NCBI GenBank assembly: GCA_963692915.1
Contig: OY843584.1
Location: 661,186-693,185, forward strand
Direction of reading: 5' to 3'
Source: Cenarchaeum sp.
Lineage (GTDB): Archaea > Thermoproteota > Nitrososphaeria > Nitrososphaerales > Nitrosopumilaceae
Length of the DNA stretch: 32,000 bases
Part shown: positions 23,651 through 32,000 of the stretch, piece after piece
Numbering within the stretch: position 1 is the stretch's first letter
How the letters are laid out: each line of letters starts with the position of its first letter
Position numbers and translations under genes: made by a program
The notes under the pieces: generated by a model
Databases searched by the model: none
Told to the model about the DNA's origin: nothing
What the model saw: the letters and a program-made list of their open reading frames with translations, nothing else

Positions 23651-23659
23651 AGATATATT
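23651..23659 (+). promoter_or_regulatory. TATA-like box (agatatatt) upstream of the 23683 ORF
   Basis: It ends 24 nt upstream of ATG 23683. Confidence 0.4.
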
Positions 23660-23682
23660 CGCGCGCCGTGGCGGGGTGCTGC

Positions 23683-24039
23683 ATGGAGTTTCACCCGTCG
23701 ATGGTGCCCCTGGGCCCGACGTACGATGTGGCCGACGAGCGAGGGGCCGCCGAGGCCGCCGGTGAGATCGCCTCGGCATGGTCGCCTGGATCAGGCAAGG
23801 GCTTCAAGGTCCTCATGCCAAAGGAGAAAAAGCTCGCACAGCGGATGGGCCACACGGTCATGACGACGGTCAGCTATATGCTGCGAAAGGCCGGCATGGA
23901 GCGCGACGTCAGGTACTGGGTGTACCACGAGGACGCCGAGCACTATGCCATAGTCCTCGTCGACTCGGCGACGCTAGCGGGGATCGAATCCAAGGCGGAG
24001 CTTGCCGGAGATGAGTCCGGCGATGAGAAGCCCAAGTAG
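23683..24039 (+). CDS. Hypothetical protein (118 aa)
   Basis: ATG 23683 (MEFHPSMVPLGPTYDV..) has a well-placed TATA-like box. The central part has protein-like composition (KGFKVLMPKEKKLAQRMGHTVMTTVSYMLRKAGMERDVRYWVYHEDAEHYAIVLVD). The last 66 nt overlap the convergent PAP2 gene. Confidence 0.45.
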   Translation: MEFHPSMVPLGPTYDVADERGAAEAAGEIASAWSPGSGKGFKVLMPKEKKLAQRMGHTVMTTVSYMLRKAGMERDVRYWVYHEDAEHYAIVLVDSATLAGIESKAELAGDESGDEKPK

Positions 24040-24669
24040 CGCACCGCCAATGACATCAGACGGATAGTGCTGCAGGACATACACGCGCGAGACCGAGACC
24101 ATTGCCGGATAGAGCAGCATGAGGTACGCGGCCGCGCCCAGTCTGGGGTACAGCGCAGCCCCAAGAACGAGCCCAAAGACTGCGGCGCGCGAGGCGTGGC
24201 CTGACGGGAATGACGCCGAGTATCCGCCCTCGCAAAAGAGCGAGTACGTGTCTGCGCCAATTCCGAGCGGCAGCGTTGCGCCCATGTACTCTAGGCCTGG
24301 CCTGTCACGCTCTATGCCACACTTTGCGTATCCGGTGGCGAGTGTCGCGATGACAAGGGAGATCATTATCGCGAGGCCAATTTTCCGTGTTGGCCTGATG
24401 ATAAGTATTATGACGCCAAAGATGAACATATAGTAAATGTCGCCAGTCTCGGTGATCACGTGCATGATGAGGTCTGCCGTGTCGTTCTGCCCGCTGACTG
24501 TCTGTGTGGCCTCGATGACTGCCTCGTCGAGTGGCGTGAGGACGCCCTGCATGACTAGGAGCGTCGTGGCCACGAGGAGGACCGAGAGAAGCGCCGTGGG
24601 ACGTGACCTCACCTCGAATGCCCAGCTACGCATGATGGGCGAGAGGCAAAAGGCCGTGTTTTTAATCAT
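23974..24669 (-). CDS. PAP2-family (type 2 phosphatidic acid / undecaprenyl-PP) phosphatase, integral membrane
   Basis: All three PAP2 motifs are present: KCGIERDRP (Kx6RP), FPSGH, SRVYVLQHYPSD (SRx5Hx3D). Multiple TM helices. A TATA-like catttttacc (24692-24701, minus strand) lies 23 nt upstream of ATG 24669. Confidence 0.85.
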   Translation of the reverse strand: MIKNTAFCLSPIMRSWAFEVRSRPTALLSVLLVATTLLVMQGVLTPLDEAVIEATQTVSGQNDTADLIMHVITETGDIYYMFIFGVIILIIRPTRKIGLAIMISLVIATLATGYAKCGIERDRPGLEYMGATLPLGIGADTYSLFCEGGYSASFPSGHASRAAVFGLVLGAALYPRLGAAAYLMLLYPAMVSVSRVYVLQHYPSDVIGGALLGLLIAGLISGKLRLGFDPR

Positions 24670-24950
24670 TTAGGCACGGAAAAGCAATGTTGGTAAAAAT
24701 GTAACGTGTGTAAGGACACCTGATCAGGGTTTGGAGAATATGTGTAAGTTTGTATAATTAATGGACAGAGTCTCGCAACATCACCACGTCTTTATCGATT
24801 GTGATAACCCAGCTGATTTTTCTGCAGTCATGAATAAAAGCTGCCAGTGGGGCAAAGGGCACACTAACATTTATGCTAGGAACTGGCATGGGCATCAGCA
24901 CAACGTCAACAAATGTTTGATGCGTGTAATTGTTGTCACTATTGCGCACA

Positions 24951-25544
24951 CTATATCGGAAACTTCATCCCAAGAACTCGTCTTGTGGTGTCATGTGCGC
25001 CTGCCAGGCTCTTGACTACTTCCCAGTTGTGAGGTTCGGCGATGATATCGCTCACCTTTGGAGGAACGCCGTGCCTCCAGTCGTCATTACCGCCCAGAGC
25101 CGCCACGTACATCCTCTCACGCACACCTGTCGCCGAGACGGACTTGCGCGCTCCCACAATTGGCCGCAGGCCGTAGGCCTTTAGCGCAAACCACTCGGCT
25201 CTGTCACCGGTGTATGTGAAATAGTCATCACCAGCCTCGGCCGCTATGCTTCGCCGCAGGCTCCAGGATGCGCGTGAGAGCAGCGGCGGCAGGTATCGAG
25301 AAAAGGGAGCCGTGAACGTGTATGCGCGCGAGACGAAGACCGAGTCTCCAAATAGCGCCCTTATCATCCGCTTGCGAGCATCATACGTGAACGGAAAGCT
25401 GCGGCTGTTGACCTCGATCCCGTCACGCATGAACGTGACGGGCATGACGATGACCGAGTCGGCCATGCCGCGCAGCTCGGAGATTATCTGCTCGTGAGCC
25501 ACGGTCACAGGATTTACGTGCGCAAGATACAGGGCAGTCTTCAA
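24951..25544 (-). CDS. Nucleotidyltransferase-fold (cytidylyl/adenylyltransferase-like) protein; specific function unknown
   Basis: N-terminal LYLAHVNPVTVAHEQII sits where the (T/H)xGH motif lies in this superfamily. SATGVRERM resembles the ISSTxIR motif. The start is TTG (25544), with a TATA-like ccttgaaatac 24 nt upstream. Confidence 0.5.
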   Translation of the reverse strand: MKTALYLAHVNPVTVAHEQIISELRGMADSVIVMPVTFMRDGIEVNSRSFPFTYDARKRMIRALFGDSVFVSRAYTFTAPFSRYLPPLLSRASWSLRRSIAAEAGDDYFTYTGDRAEWFALKAYGLRPIVGARKSVSATGVRERMYVAALGGNDDWRHGVPPKVSDIIAEPHNWEVVKSLAGAHDTTRRVLGMKFPI

Positions 25545-25612
25545 CGCCCCACGAGCGACGCGTTGCCGTATTTCAAGGTGTGGCGTAAGTCCGGAGACCC
25601 GGCGCCCAAACG

Positions 25613-25620
25613 GTTTTTAG
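25613..25620 (+). promoter_or_regulatory. TATA-like box (gtttttag) upstream of the YHS mini-gene
   Basis: It ends 24 nt upstream of ATG 25644. Confidence 0.4.
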
Positions 25621-25643
25621 CTCGCATCATCGGCACGCACGCC

Positions 25644-25784
25644 ATGAAGGATCCCGTCTGCGGAATGGAGGTCAGCGAGGGCTCTGAGGCAGTCACGGGT
25701 CCGGATGGCAAGACACATCGTTTTTGCTGCGCGGCGTGCCGCTGGGCCTTTGAGCGAGACCCCGAGAGGTTCTCTAGACCATGA
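25644..25784 (+). CDS. 46-aa YHS/TRASH-type metal-binding mini-protein
   Basis: MKDPVCGMEVSEGSEAVTGPDGKTHRFCCAACRWAFERDPERFSRP has the DPVCGM..V....FCS..C...F pattern typical of YHS domains. Start taken at ATG 25644 inside ORF 25494..25784. Confidence 0.7.
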   Translation: MKDPVCGMEVSEGSEAVTGPDGKTHRFCCAACRWAFERDPERFSRP

Positions 25785-27627
25785 GCTGTGCGCGTGCCGA
25801 GAGGAGGCGCGGCAGGTTGGGCGCAGATGCCGGCATGCCTTGCGTGACTAAAGATATCGCGCCGGCGAGCTCGTCGACTGACATGTCAGACGTCTGGCCG
25901 GTCATGCGAGAGCGCACGCTGAGCTTGCCGGATTCGGCCTCGGCGGCGCCTATCACGACAATGTGGTGAATCCACTCCTTTTCGGCCTGCCTTATGCGCT
26001 TGCCGATGCTCTCAGAGCGGTCATCAATGTCAACGCGCGCGCCAGAGGCGGCAAGCGCGTCGGCGACCTCGATGGCGCGCGCGTTGTGCTCGGCCGAGAG
26101 CGGGATTATGCGAGCCTGCGTGGGCGAGAGCCAGAGCGGAAGCGAGGGCTTTGAGCCGGTCCGAGAGTCGCGCGCGGCGTTCTCTAGGAGCGCATACATT
26201 ACGCGCTCGACGGCCCCACTGGGAGAGTTGTGCAGGATTATCGGGTACTTTAGCGAGCCGTCAACGGCGGCAAAGCGTATCGCATAGCGCTCGCCGTTCT
26301 CGACGTCTATCTGGTCAGTCGAGAGCGCAGAGGCCTTGCCGGACGCATCGACATAGTTAAACTCCCACTTTAGGACAAAGTAAAAGAACCGCTCTTGCCA
26401 CATCTCGACTAGCATGGGCCGGCCGTGGCGCTCAGCAAGGCGCCTGACGGCATCGCCGTTGCCCTCGTAAAACTCGCGCGTGAGGCGAACGGACATTTCA
26501 TAGTCTGATGACGCAAGGCCGATTCCCTCCATGACCGAGCGAGAGAGATCAAACCGCGTCTCTAGCTCGGATATCGCCTGGTCCATGTCCGCGCAGAACG
26601 CATGGCAGTCCGGCATTGTGAACGCGCGCAGTCGGCGCAGGCCAACTAGCTCGCCGGACTGCTCGCGCCGAAAGCTATAGCGCGTGAGCTCGTACAGCCT
26701 GTACGGCATGTTGTGGTGCGAGAGCTGGGCCTGCGCGGCTATGAGAAACTGGCCAAAGCACGCCGCAAAGCGCAAAAAGAACCGCCTGCCCTCAGAGTCA
26801 ATGTTGTACTGGCGTGCCGGAAAGCGGTCAAAATAGCTCTTCATGCTGGGGTGCGCCGAGTCGTACATTATGGGAGTCTCGACCTCTGATGCCCCGTACG
26901 CGCGCACGCGCTCAGTCACATAGCGCTCGATGAGCGACTTTACGAGGCGGCCGTTGGGCAAAAACCTCATGTTGCCCGAGTCAGATGCCGGCTCATAGTC
27001 GGCCATGCCCATCTTTTTCATCAGCGCCACGTGGGCAGGGGCGTCATCGGCGCTGCGCGTGCCAGACTCCTCGTGCGCATATAGCCTGCGCAGCGAGTCA
27101 TGGGCAGCAAAGTCAAATCCGGCCGCATCGTGGAGCGTGCCGTCCGGCGTGAGGACATGCCACGTCGACTCTAGGCGCGACTCGGAGCCTAGCGCAGACG
27201 GCACGTCGGCCTCGGCAGGCTCGCCGGGCTCAAAGACGCGCAGGCTCTCGGCGAGGGGGTGCGCCTTTACGCGCACGGCGTATGACTTTGTCCAGCCAAA
27301 CGGCGCGCGGCTCACCTCGGTGGCCTTGATTGCGGATGCTACCTCGCGCAGCACCCCAAAGGCGTCCTGCGGCGGCGCAAGCGACGAGCTCAGGTGCGCG
27401 TACGGGTACACGAGGACGCGCGCGCACCCAAGGCGCGAGGCCAGTGACGTAATGTCCTCGGCCGCACGCGCCGCAGTGCCCGAATCATCGCCGGTCTCGA
27501 CTGCGATAAAGGCGACGAGAACGTTCTCGAGGCGCACCGTGCCGCCGTCGGCCTCCTCGGCGGACTCTATCTCCTTGGCAGTGGCCGTGTACTCTATGCT
27601 GTCACAGTGCAGCTGCAGAACCCTCAT
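25774..27627 (-). CDS. thrS: Threonyl-tRNA synthetase (archaeal type with an N-terminal editing domain)
   Basis: The N-terminus MRVLQLHCDSIEYTATAKEI.. is typical of archaeal ThrRS editing domains. Class II motif 2 is FRREQSGELVGLRRLRAFTMPDCHAF. Motif 3 region is ILHNSPSGAVERVMYALLE. The anticodon-binding C-terminus is present. Confidence 0.92.
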   Translation of the reverse strand: MRVLQLHCDSIEYTATAKEIESAEEADGGTVRLENVLVAFIAVETGDDSGTAARAAEDITSLASRLGCARVLVYPYAHLSSSLAPPQDAFGVLREVASAIKATEVSRAPFGWTKSYAVRVKAHPLAESLRVFEPGEPAEADVPSALGSESRLESTWHVLTPDGTLHDAAGFDFAAHDSLRRLYAHEESGTRSADDAPAHVALMKKMGMADYEPASDSGNMRFLPNGRLVKSLIERYVTERVRAYGASEVETPIMYDSAHPSMKSYFDRFPARQYNIDSEGRRFFLRFAACFGQFLIAAQAQLSHHNMPYRLYELTRYSFRREQSGELVGLRRLRAFTMPDCHAFCADMDQAISELETRFDLSRSVMEGIGLASSDYEMSVRLTREFYEGNGDAVRRLAERHGRPMLVEMWQERFFYFVLKWEFNYVDASGKASALSTDQIDVENGERYAIRFAAVDGSLKYPIILHNSPSGAVERVMYALLENAARDSRTGSKPSLPLWLSPTQARIIPLSAEHNARAIEVADALAASGARVDIDDRSESIGKRIRQAEKEWIHHIVVIGAAEAESGKLSVRSRMTGQTSDMSVDELAGAISLVTQGMPASAPNLPRLLSARAQLMV

Positions 27628-27647
27628 GCGGCACGGCGCGCAGGCAC

Positions 27648-27659
27648 AATTGAATTAAG
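27648..27659 (-). promoter_or_regulatory. TATA-like box (cttaattcaatt) upstream of thrS
   Basis: An AT-rich dodecamer 21 nt upstream of ATG 27627. Confidence 0.4.
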
Positions 27660-27718
27660 TGTTGTGGGGAATGCTGGCCTGTGCGCCACAGTCATCACAG
27701 ACGACAGGCACCCGATCC

Positions 27719-30598
27719 CTACTCGACGAGGATCGCCGGCTTGAACGCGCGCGCAGTCTTGGCCTTGCCGCGCGGGTCATCCGGGCCGGCATCAGACTCG
27801 GCGAGAACGACAAGGCTGGCGCCAAGCTCGGCCTGAACGAGCGGGCCGAGGCCCGACTCGTATGTCGCTGCCTCATCAAGCGGGCCGGCCCCCGCCATGA
27901 GGTGCCTGTTACGGGGAGTCTCGGAGAGAATGTCAGCAAGCGTCTTTTTGACAAATGCCGCATCGCGGCGCACGTCTGCCGTGCCGGCATCCTCGCCGAG
28001 CGCGCGCATCATCGAGCCCAGGTCGGCGGCCCCGCCCTCGGCTGCCCCGAGCATAAGCGAGTGTGCGCGCGACTTTGCCTCGCCGGCCACGTAGAGCGTG
28101 ATCCTCGAGGCCTCTATGCCCGTAGTCTTTAGTATCTTTTGAATGTCGGCCATCGCCGAGGAGACGAGTGACTCGGCGAGGAGCATTCGCGCATCGCCCT
28201 CGTGCGGGGTCACATCAGGCCACGGCGATGATGACACCATGCCGGCGTTTCCAAGGGCCGCCCACATCTCCTCGGCGGCATGCGGTGCAAACGGGGAGAG
28301 GAGTGCGGCGCGCGCAGACCACGCCTCGCGCAGTGCGGCCACGCCTGCGCCGCCGGTGGAGCCGGCGCGGCGCGCGTGCCATGCGAGATCAGAGTCAAGG
28401 CCGGATATAACGTGACGGACGGCCTCGCGGAGGCGCATCTTTTCGACGAGCTCGGAGACTGTTGCCGCAGTCTCGCGCACGCGCGCGCCGAGCCACACGT
28501 CAGCTGGGGTTGCGTCGCCCTGTGCTGCCGCACCAAGGCGCGCGCACTCGGCCATCATCGACTCGAGGTGCCTCGAGGATGAGCGCACAAGATCCATCTT
28601 AAAGTCCGCATCCTGCAATAGCTCTGCAGACGACAGGATCGCCAGGCGTATGGGGTCGGCCCCGTGCTCGCGAACCGCCTGCCGGAGCGGGATTATATTG
28701 CTCATCGACTTTGACATCTTTTTGCCCTCCATGAGGACAGAGCCGTTCACGACTATCTGGCGCGGCCAGTGTCCCTCGGGGAAGATGAGCGCGTGGTTGA
28801 AGACAAAGAACGAGAGGTGGTTTGGCACGAGGTCACGGCCCGAGTGCCGCGAGTCGACGGGATAAAAGTACTCAAACTCTGCCCTTATCTCGGAGATCGT
28901 GCGCTCATCTGATCCACAAGATGCTGCCACGGACGCCGCATCGCCGAGGCCAAGAAACACGTGGTCAAAGAACGCGTCATCGAGTGACTCGGTCTCGATG
29001 AGGCCCTCGTTGACAAAGCGCGAGACGACATAGTATGCCATGTATATGACCGAGTCTGACAGGCTCTCGACTATCCAGCCGTCATCCCACGGCAGGCGCG
29101 TCCCCAGGCCGCTCTGGCGCGCGCACGCGCGCTCGCGCAGCCACCCAAACACGTGGTCAAACTCTGGCCTCATGTCAGCGGGGACTATCTCGAGGCGCCC
29201 AAGGGCGCGGCGCGCAGTCTCCTTCCACTCGGGGCTCGAATAGTCAAGAAACCACTGGTTGCTCAGGACATGGACGACGCACTCGGTCCCGCAGCGGCAC
29301 ACTATGGGCGGATTGGAGAACTCGTACATTGCGCCCGGCGGGCCGTCCTGCACGCGCGCAAGCCACGCAGAGGCGGCCTCCTTTGCGTCCTGCGCGCCCA
29401 TTCCCGCAAGGTCACCGGTGTTCTCGAGCATCGTGCCCCCATAGTACTCGGCAGCATAGAGCTTTTTTGTGAGCTCCTCGAGCCTCGCGTCATCCTGCGA
29501 GGCCACGCCGGCGCCAGAGACGAGGGATGCTGCCGGATTGTCGCCATGGCCGTCAGTGGAAATTATGCGGATGGGCTCGATCTGCGCGGCGAACGAGGCG
29601 GCCTCGCCGGAGGCGCCGCGCAGGTCGGCGAGTGCCGCATGGTCATATGGCGCGTGGGCAGGCACGGACATTACGGCACCTGTCCCGACGTTGCCGCGCA
29701 CAAAGCTCGCAGGCAGGACACGCACGTCTCGCCCGATGCCTGGAATGCGCGCGACGCGCCCAACGAGCTCCGAGCCGGCCACGGCCTCGCCGCCAAGCGC
29801 GCGCGCGCCGGCATCAAGGTGCGCAAGCTTGGAGGCGCACTCGGGACTCACAAGCCACACAGAGCCGCCTACGTCGACCTTGACGTATCCAATCTCGGGG
29901 TTTATCCACATGTTCGTCACCCCGTATATCGTCTCTGGCCTCATCGTTGCTGCCGGCAGGACCGTCCCGTCATCGAGCTCCACGCGCACGATCGAGTATT
30001 CCACAAAGTCCGGCTCGACGTCCCCGCGCGTGTCATGCTGCGAGACAGGGTTGGAGTCACGCGGGCACCACCCCACGGGGTGCGAGCCCTGCACAATGAC
30101 GCCGCGCTTGCGCAGGAGGCGAACCTGCCACGCGATGAACTTTTGGTATGCGGCATCTATCGTCGTAAACTCGCGGCTCCAGTCAATAGAGTAGCCCATC
30201 TCGACCATGCCAGAGCGTATCTCGGCGTGAAAATAGCGCGCAATGTTGACCGGTTCGGTGAACTCGGCGATCCGCTCGTGCGGAACCCCATACAGGTCAA
30301 CGAGGCCAGATATCAGGCCCTCATCACCGGACTCTATTCGCGCGGCCATTCCAAGTATTGGCGTGCCCGTGTAGTGGAACGCCATCGGAAAGAGGACGTT
30401 GCGGCCTCGCATGCGCTCAAAGCGCGCATGGACGTCGGCCAGCGTGTACGTCCGGCCGTGGCCTATGTGCTGCGGAGAGTTTGGGTAGGGGTACGCGACG
30501 GTGATAAAGCGCTTTTCGCGTGACGCGTCGACTCGCGCGGCCTCTGTGCCGCTCCATCGCGCGCGCCACTTTGACTCTATTGCGCCCCAGTCGGCCAT
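27719..30598 (-). CDS. leuS: Leucyl-tRNA synthetase (archaeal type)
   Basis: HIGH motif in PNSPQHIGHGRTY. KMSKS motif in GKKMSKSMSN. Start taken at ATG 30598 (MADWGAIESKWRARW); the ORF-track start 30640 would overlap the alaS 3' end. Confidence 0.95.
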   Translation of the reverse strand: MADWGAIESKWRARWSGTEAARVDASREKRFITVAYPYPNSPQHIGHGRTYTLADVHARFERMRGRNVLFPMAFHYTGTPILGMAARIESGDEGLISGLVDLYGVPHERIAEFTEPVNIARYFHAEIRSGMVEMGYSIDWSREFTTIDAAYQKFIAWQVRLLRKRGVIVQGSHPVGWCPRDSNPVSQHDTRGDVEPDFVEYSIVRVELDDGTVLPAATMRPETIYGVTNMWINPEIGYVKVDVGGSVWLVSPECASKLAHLDAGARALGGEAVAGSELVGRVARIPGIGRDVRVLPASFVRGNVGTGAVMSVPAHAPYDHAALADLRGASGEAASFAAQIEPIRIISTDGHGDNPAASLVSGAGVASQDDARLEELTKKLYAAEYYGGTMLENTGDLAGMGAQDAKEAASAWLARVQDGPPGAMYEFSNPPIVCRCGTECVVHVLSNQWFLDYSSPEWKETARRALGRLEIVPADMRPEFDHVFGWLRERACARQSGLGTRLPWDDGWIVESLSDSVIYMAYYVVSRFVNEGLIETESLDDAFFDHVFLGLGDAASVAASCGSDERTISEIRAEFEYFYPVDSRHSGRDLVPNHLSFFVFNHALIFPEGHWPRQIVVNGSVLMEGKKMSKSMSNIIPLRQAVREHGADPIRLAILSSAELLQDADFKMDLVRSSSRHLESMMAECARLGAAAQGDATPADVWLGARVRETAATVSELVEKMRLREAVRHVISGLDSDLAWHARRAGSTGGAGVAALREAWSARAALLSPFAPHAAEEMWAALGNAGMVSSSPWPDVTPHEGDARMLLAESLVSSAMADIQKILKTTGIEASRITLYVAGEAKSRAHSLMLGAAEGGAADLGSMMRALGEDAGTADVRRDAAFVKKTLADILSETPRNRHLMAGAGPLDEAATYESGLGPLVQAELGASLVVLAESDAGPDDPRGKAKTARAFKPAILVE

Positions 30599-30608
30599 CG
30601 TGGAGCCC

Positions 30609-32000
30609 TCACGCCCCTGCTGAGGCCATCGCCTCAGCACGCTTTACGGCCTCTTGGGCGCGCGAGACGTCAACGCCGCCGCCCTGCCCAAAGCGCGCAC
30701 TGCCGCCCCCCGAGCCGCCAAGTATCGCCGATGCCTCCTTTGCCAGCTCGCCGGCCCTGACGACCTTTTCGGCCTCAGAGCCCGAGTATGCGATAATGCG
30801 CTCACGCTCACCGTCACGAACGAGCACAAAGTAGACGAGGCGCGGCTCGGCCTTTATGGCCGCCTCGCCGACTGCAATGTGATAGTCAGCGTCAAGCTCG
30901 CCGTCGATGAGCGTATAGAGCCTCACAGGGCCGACATCGCGCGCCGAGCCGACAGCAGCCGCGGCGGCCGCATCGCGCGACCTCCTCGTCAGGGACTTTA
31001 GGCGGCTTCGCGCAGCATCCCCCGAGGAGAGCTTGCGCTCAAGGGACTCGGGAATCTTTTGCCGGTCTGCGCCGATCTTGCCGGCGACCCACTCTAGTGT
31101 CCGGTCATGATCCTGCACGTGCGAGAGTGCGGGCTCGCCGGCCTTGAAGACGAGGCGTATCACGCCGTCCTGCACGCGCTCTGTCTGCGTTATCTTTAGG
31201 AGGCCGATCTCGCCGGTTCGCCGCACGTGCGTTCCGCCGCACGCCTCGACGTCAAAGTCGCCAACGCTCACTATGCGAACCGCGTCGACTGGGACCACGC
31301 CGCCCTGGTATATCCTAAACCCAAATCTCGACTCGGCCTCCTCTCGCGCATACTCGCGAATTCGGACCTCGAGATTTTGGCGCACTATCGAGTTTGCCAT
31401 CGACTCTATCCTTGCGACATCATCGGGCGTGAGGGCCGAGTGGTGCGTGATGTCAAGGCGCGCGTGATCCTCGTCCTTGAATGCCGAGTGCTGCCAGACC
31501 CACGATCCCAGGACGCTCCGTGCCGACGAGTTTAGTATGTGCGTTGACGTGTGGTGAACCGTGACTGCCTCGCGGCGCGCCGCGTCAACGACGCACCTAA
31601 CGGTCTCGCCGACGCGCGGGAGGTCGCCTTTGATCGTGTGCGCAATGACGCCATCGTGCGACGTGACGTCAGTCACCGTGGCCGCGCCTATCGTGCCATA
31701 GTCAGGCTCCTGGCCCCCGCTGCGCGCATAGAATGACGTGCGGTCCAGGACTACAGTCCCGCCGGCCGCATGGAGGACACGCGCGTCAAACTCGCCGGGG
31801 TCGTCTGCGTGAAAGAGCGCAACGGTGCGGTCCAGGCCGGCGAGTCCGGCGGGTGCTGCCTCGGCGGCCTTTGAGGCCGACTGGTGGAGCTCAGAAAGGC
31901 GCTCATAGAACTCGGGCGGTATCTCCTCAATTGCGCCGAGCTCCTTGAGATAGTCAGGCGGCACGCCGTCAGACTCGTAGAGCGTGATGAGCTCGTCGAC
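30609..32000 (-). CDS. alaS: Alanyl-tRNA synthetase, C-terminal part (5' end lies beyond the right window edge)
   Basis: Editing-domain motifs HHTSTHIL (HxxxH) and EACGGTHV (CxxxH). C-terminal DHHA1-like GGSGGGSARFGQGGG. The frame stays open to position 32000 (..VDELITLYESDGVPPDYLKEL..), and the M at 31964 in the ORF track is a GTG-encoded Val. Confidence 0.9.
   Translation of the reverse strand, partial: VDELITLYESDGVPPDYLKELGAIEEIPPEFYERLSELHQSASKAAEAAPAGLAGLDRTVALFHADDPGEFDARVLHAAGGTVVLDRTSFYARSGGQEPDYGTIGAATVTDVTSHDGVIAHTIKGDLPRVGETVRCVVDAARREAVTVHHTSTHILNSSARSVLGSWVWQHSAFKDEDHARLDITHHSALTPDDVARIESMANSIVRQNLEVRIREYAREEAESRFGFRIYQGGVVPVDAVRIVSVGDFDVEACGGTHVRRTGEIGLLKITQTERVQDGVIRLVFKAGEPALSHVQDHDRTLEWVAGKIGADRQKIPESLERKLSSGDAARSRLKSLTRRSRDAAAAAAVGSARDVGPVRLYTLIDGELDADYHIAVGEAAIKAEPRLVYFVLVRDGERERIIAYSGSEAEKVVRAGELAKEASAILGGSGGGSARFGQGGGVDVSRAQEAVKRAEAMASAGA

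Noticed and set aside
23396-23779. ORF 23396..23779 (-), 127 aa, and ORF 23415..23630 (+).
   Set aside because: Their translations are Pro/Arg/Ala/Gly-rich. They span the divergent promoter region and its TATA-like boxes.
30599-30640. Longer leuS start at 30640 (MLRRWPQQGREGST..).
   Set aside because: It would overlap the alaS 3' end by 32 nt. The conserved LeuRS N-terminus begins at MADWGAIESKW (ATG 30598).
1-32000. tRNA, rRNA and C/D-box sRNA genes.
   Set aside because: Visual scanning of all intergenic regions found no T-arm-like GTTCRAATC motifs, no rRNA-like conserved blocks, and no RTGATGA...CTGA box pairs at sRNA spacing. A proper tRNAscan-SE/Infernal run would be needed to exclude them formally.

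Overview
This is an archaeal chromosomal window. Evidence: ribosomal protein eS30, archaeal-type ThrRS, LeuRS, ProRS and AlaRS, PPDK, and TATA-like boxes about 21-30 nt upstream of many start codons, which implies leaderless or short-leader mRNAs. The backbone is high-GC. A high-GC thaumarchaeon (Cenarchaeum-like) is my guess, by inference only.

Layout:
- 1-2800: a low-GC accessory block. It is a tandem three-copy array of an orphan ~190-aa gene. Each copy has a ~100-bp repeat (R) on its 5' side, and one spacer holds a 2-TM/coiled-coil gene.
- 2900-14700: mixed cargo. This includes a SWIM Zn-finger protein, a HAD hydrolase, a tiny C2H2 ORF, a membrane J-domain protein, an HD + GNAT-like fusion, a 47-aa zinc ribbon, and a secreted Met/His/Asp-rich repeat protein. 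It also holds a low-GC SNF2 helicase, a secreted Ig-like protein with two ABC permeases, and two small proteins.
- 14750-16700: rps30e, then a fourth R copy split by an intact 1.09-kb DDE (rve) insertion sequence with perfect inverted repeats (IRs) and 17-bp direct repeats (DRs). A truncated second transposase-like ORF follows.
- 16700-32000: housekeeping genes. These are a JAMM protease, a secreted MBL-fold hydrolase, proS, ppdK, a PAP2 phosphatase, a nucleotidyltransferase-like protein, a YHS mini-protein, and thrS-leuS-alaS.

I found no rRNA, tRNA or CRISPR. Many ORF-track entries are antisense shadow ORFs typical of GC-rich DNA. Several ORF-track start codons are GTG or TTG. I re-called starts where an in-frame ATG sits about 21-30 nt downstream of a TATA-like box.

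The most interesting signal is the orphan-gene / R-repeat / 2-TM cassette array and its link, through R, to the mobile-element junction upstream of rps30e.
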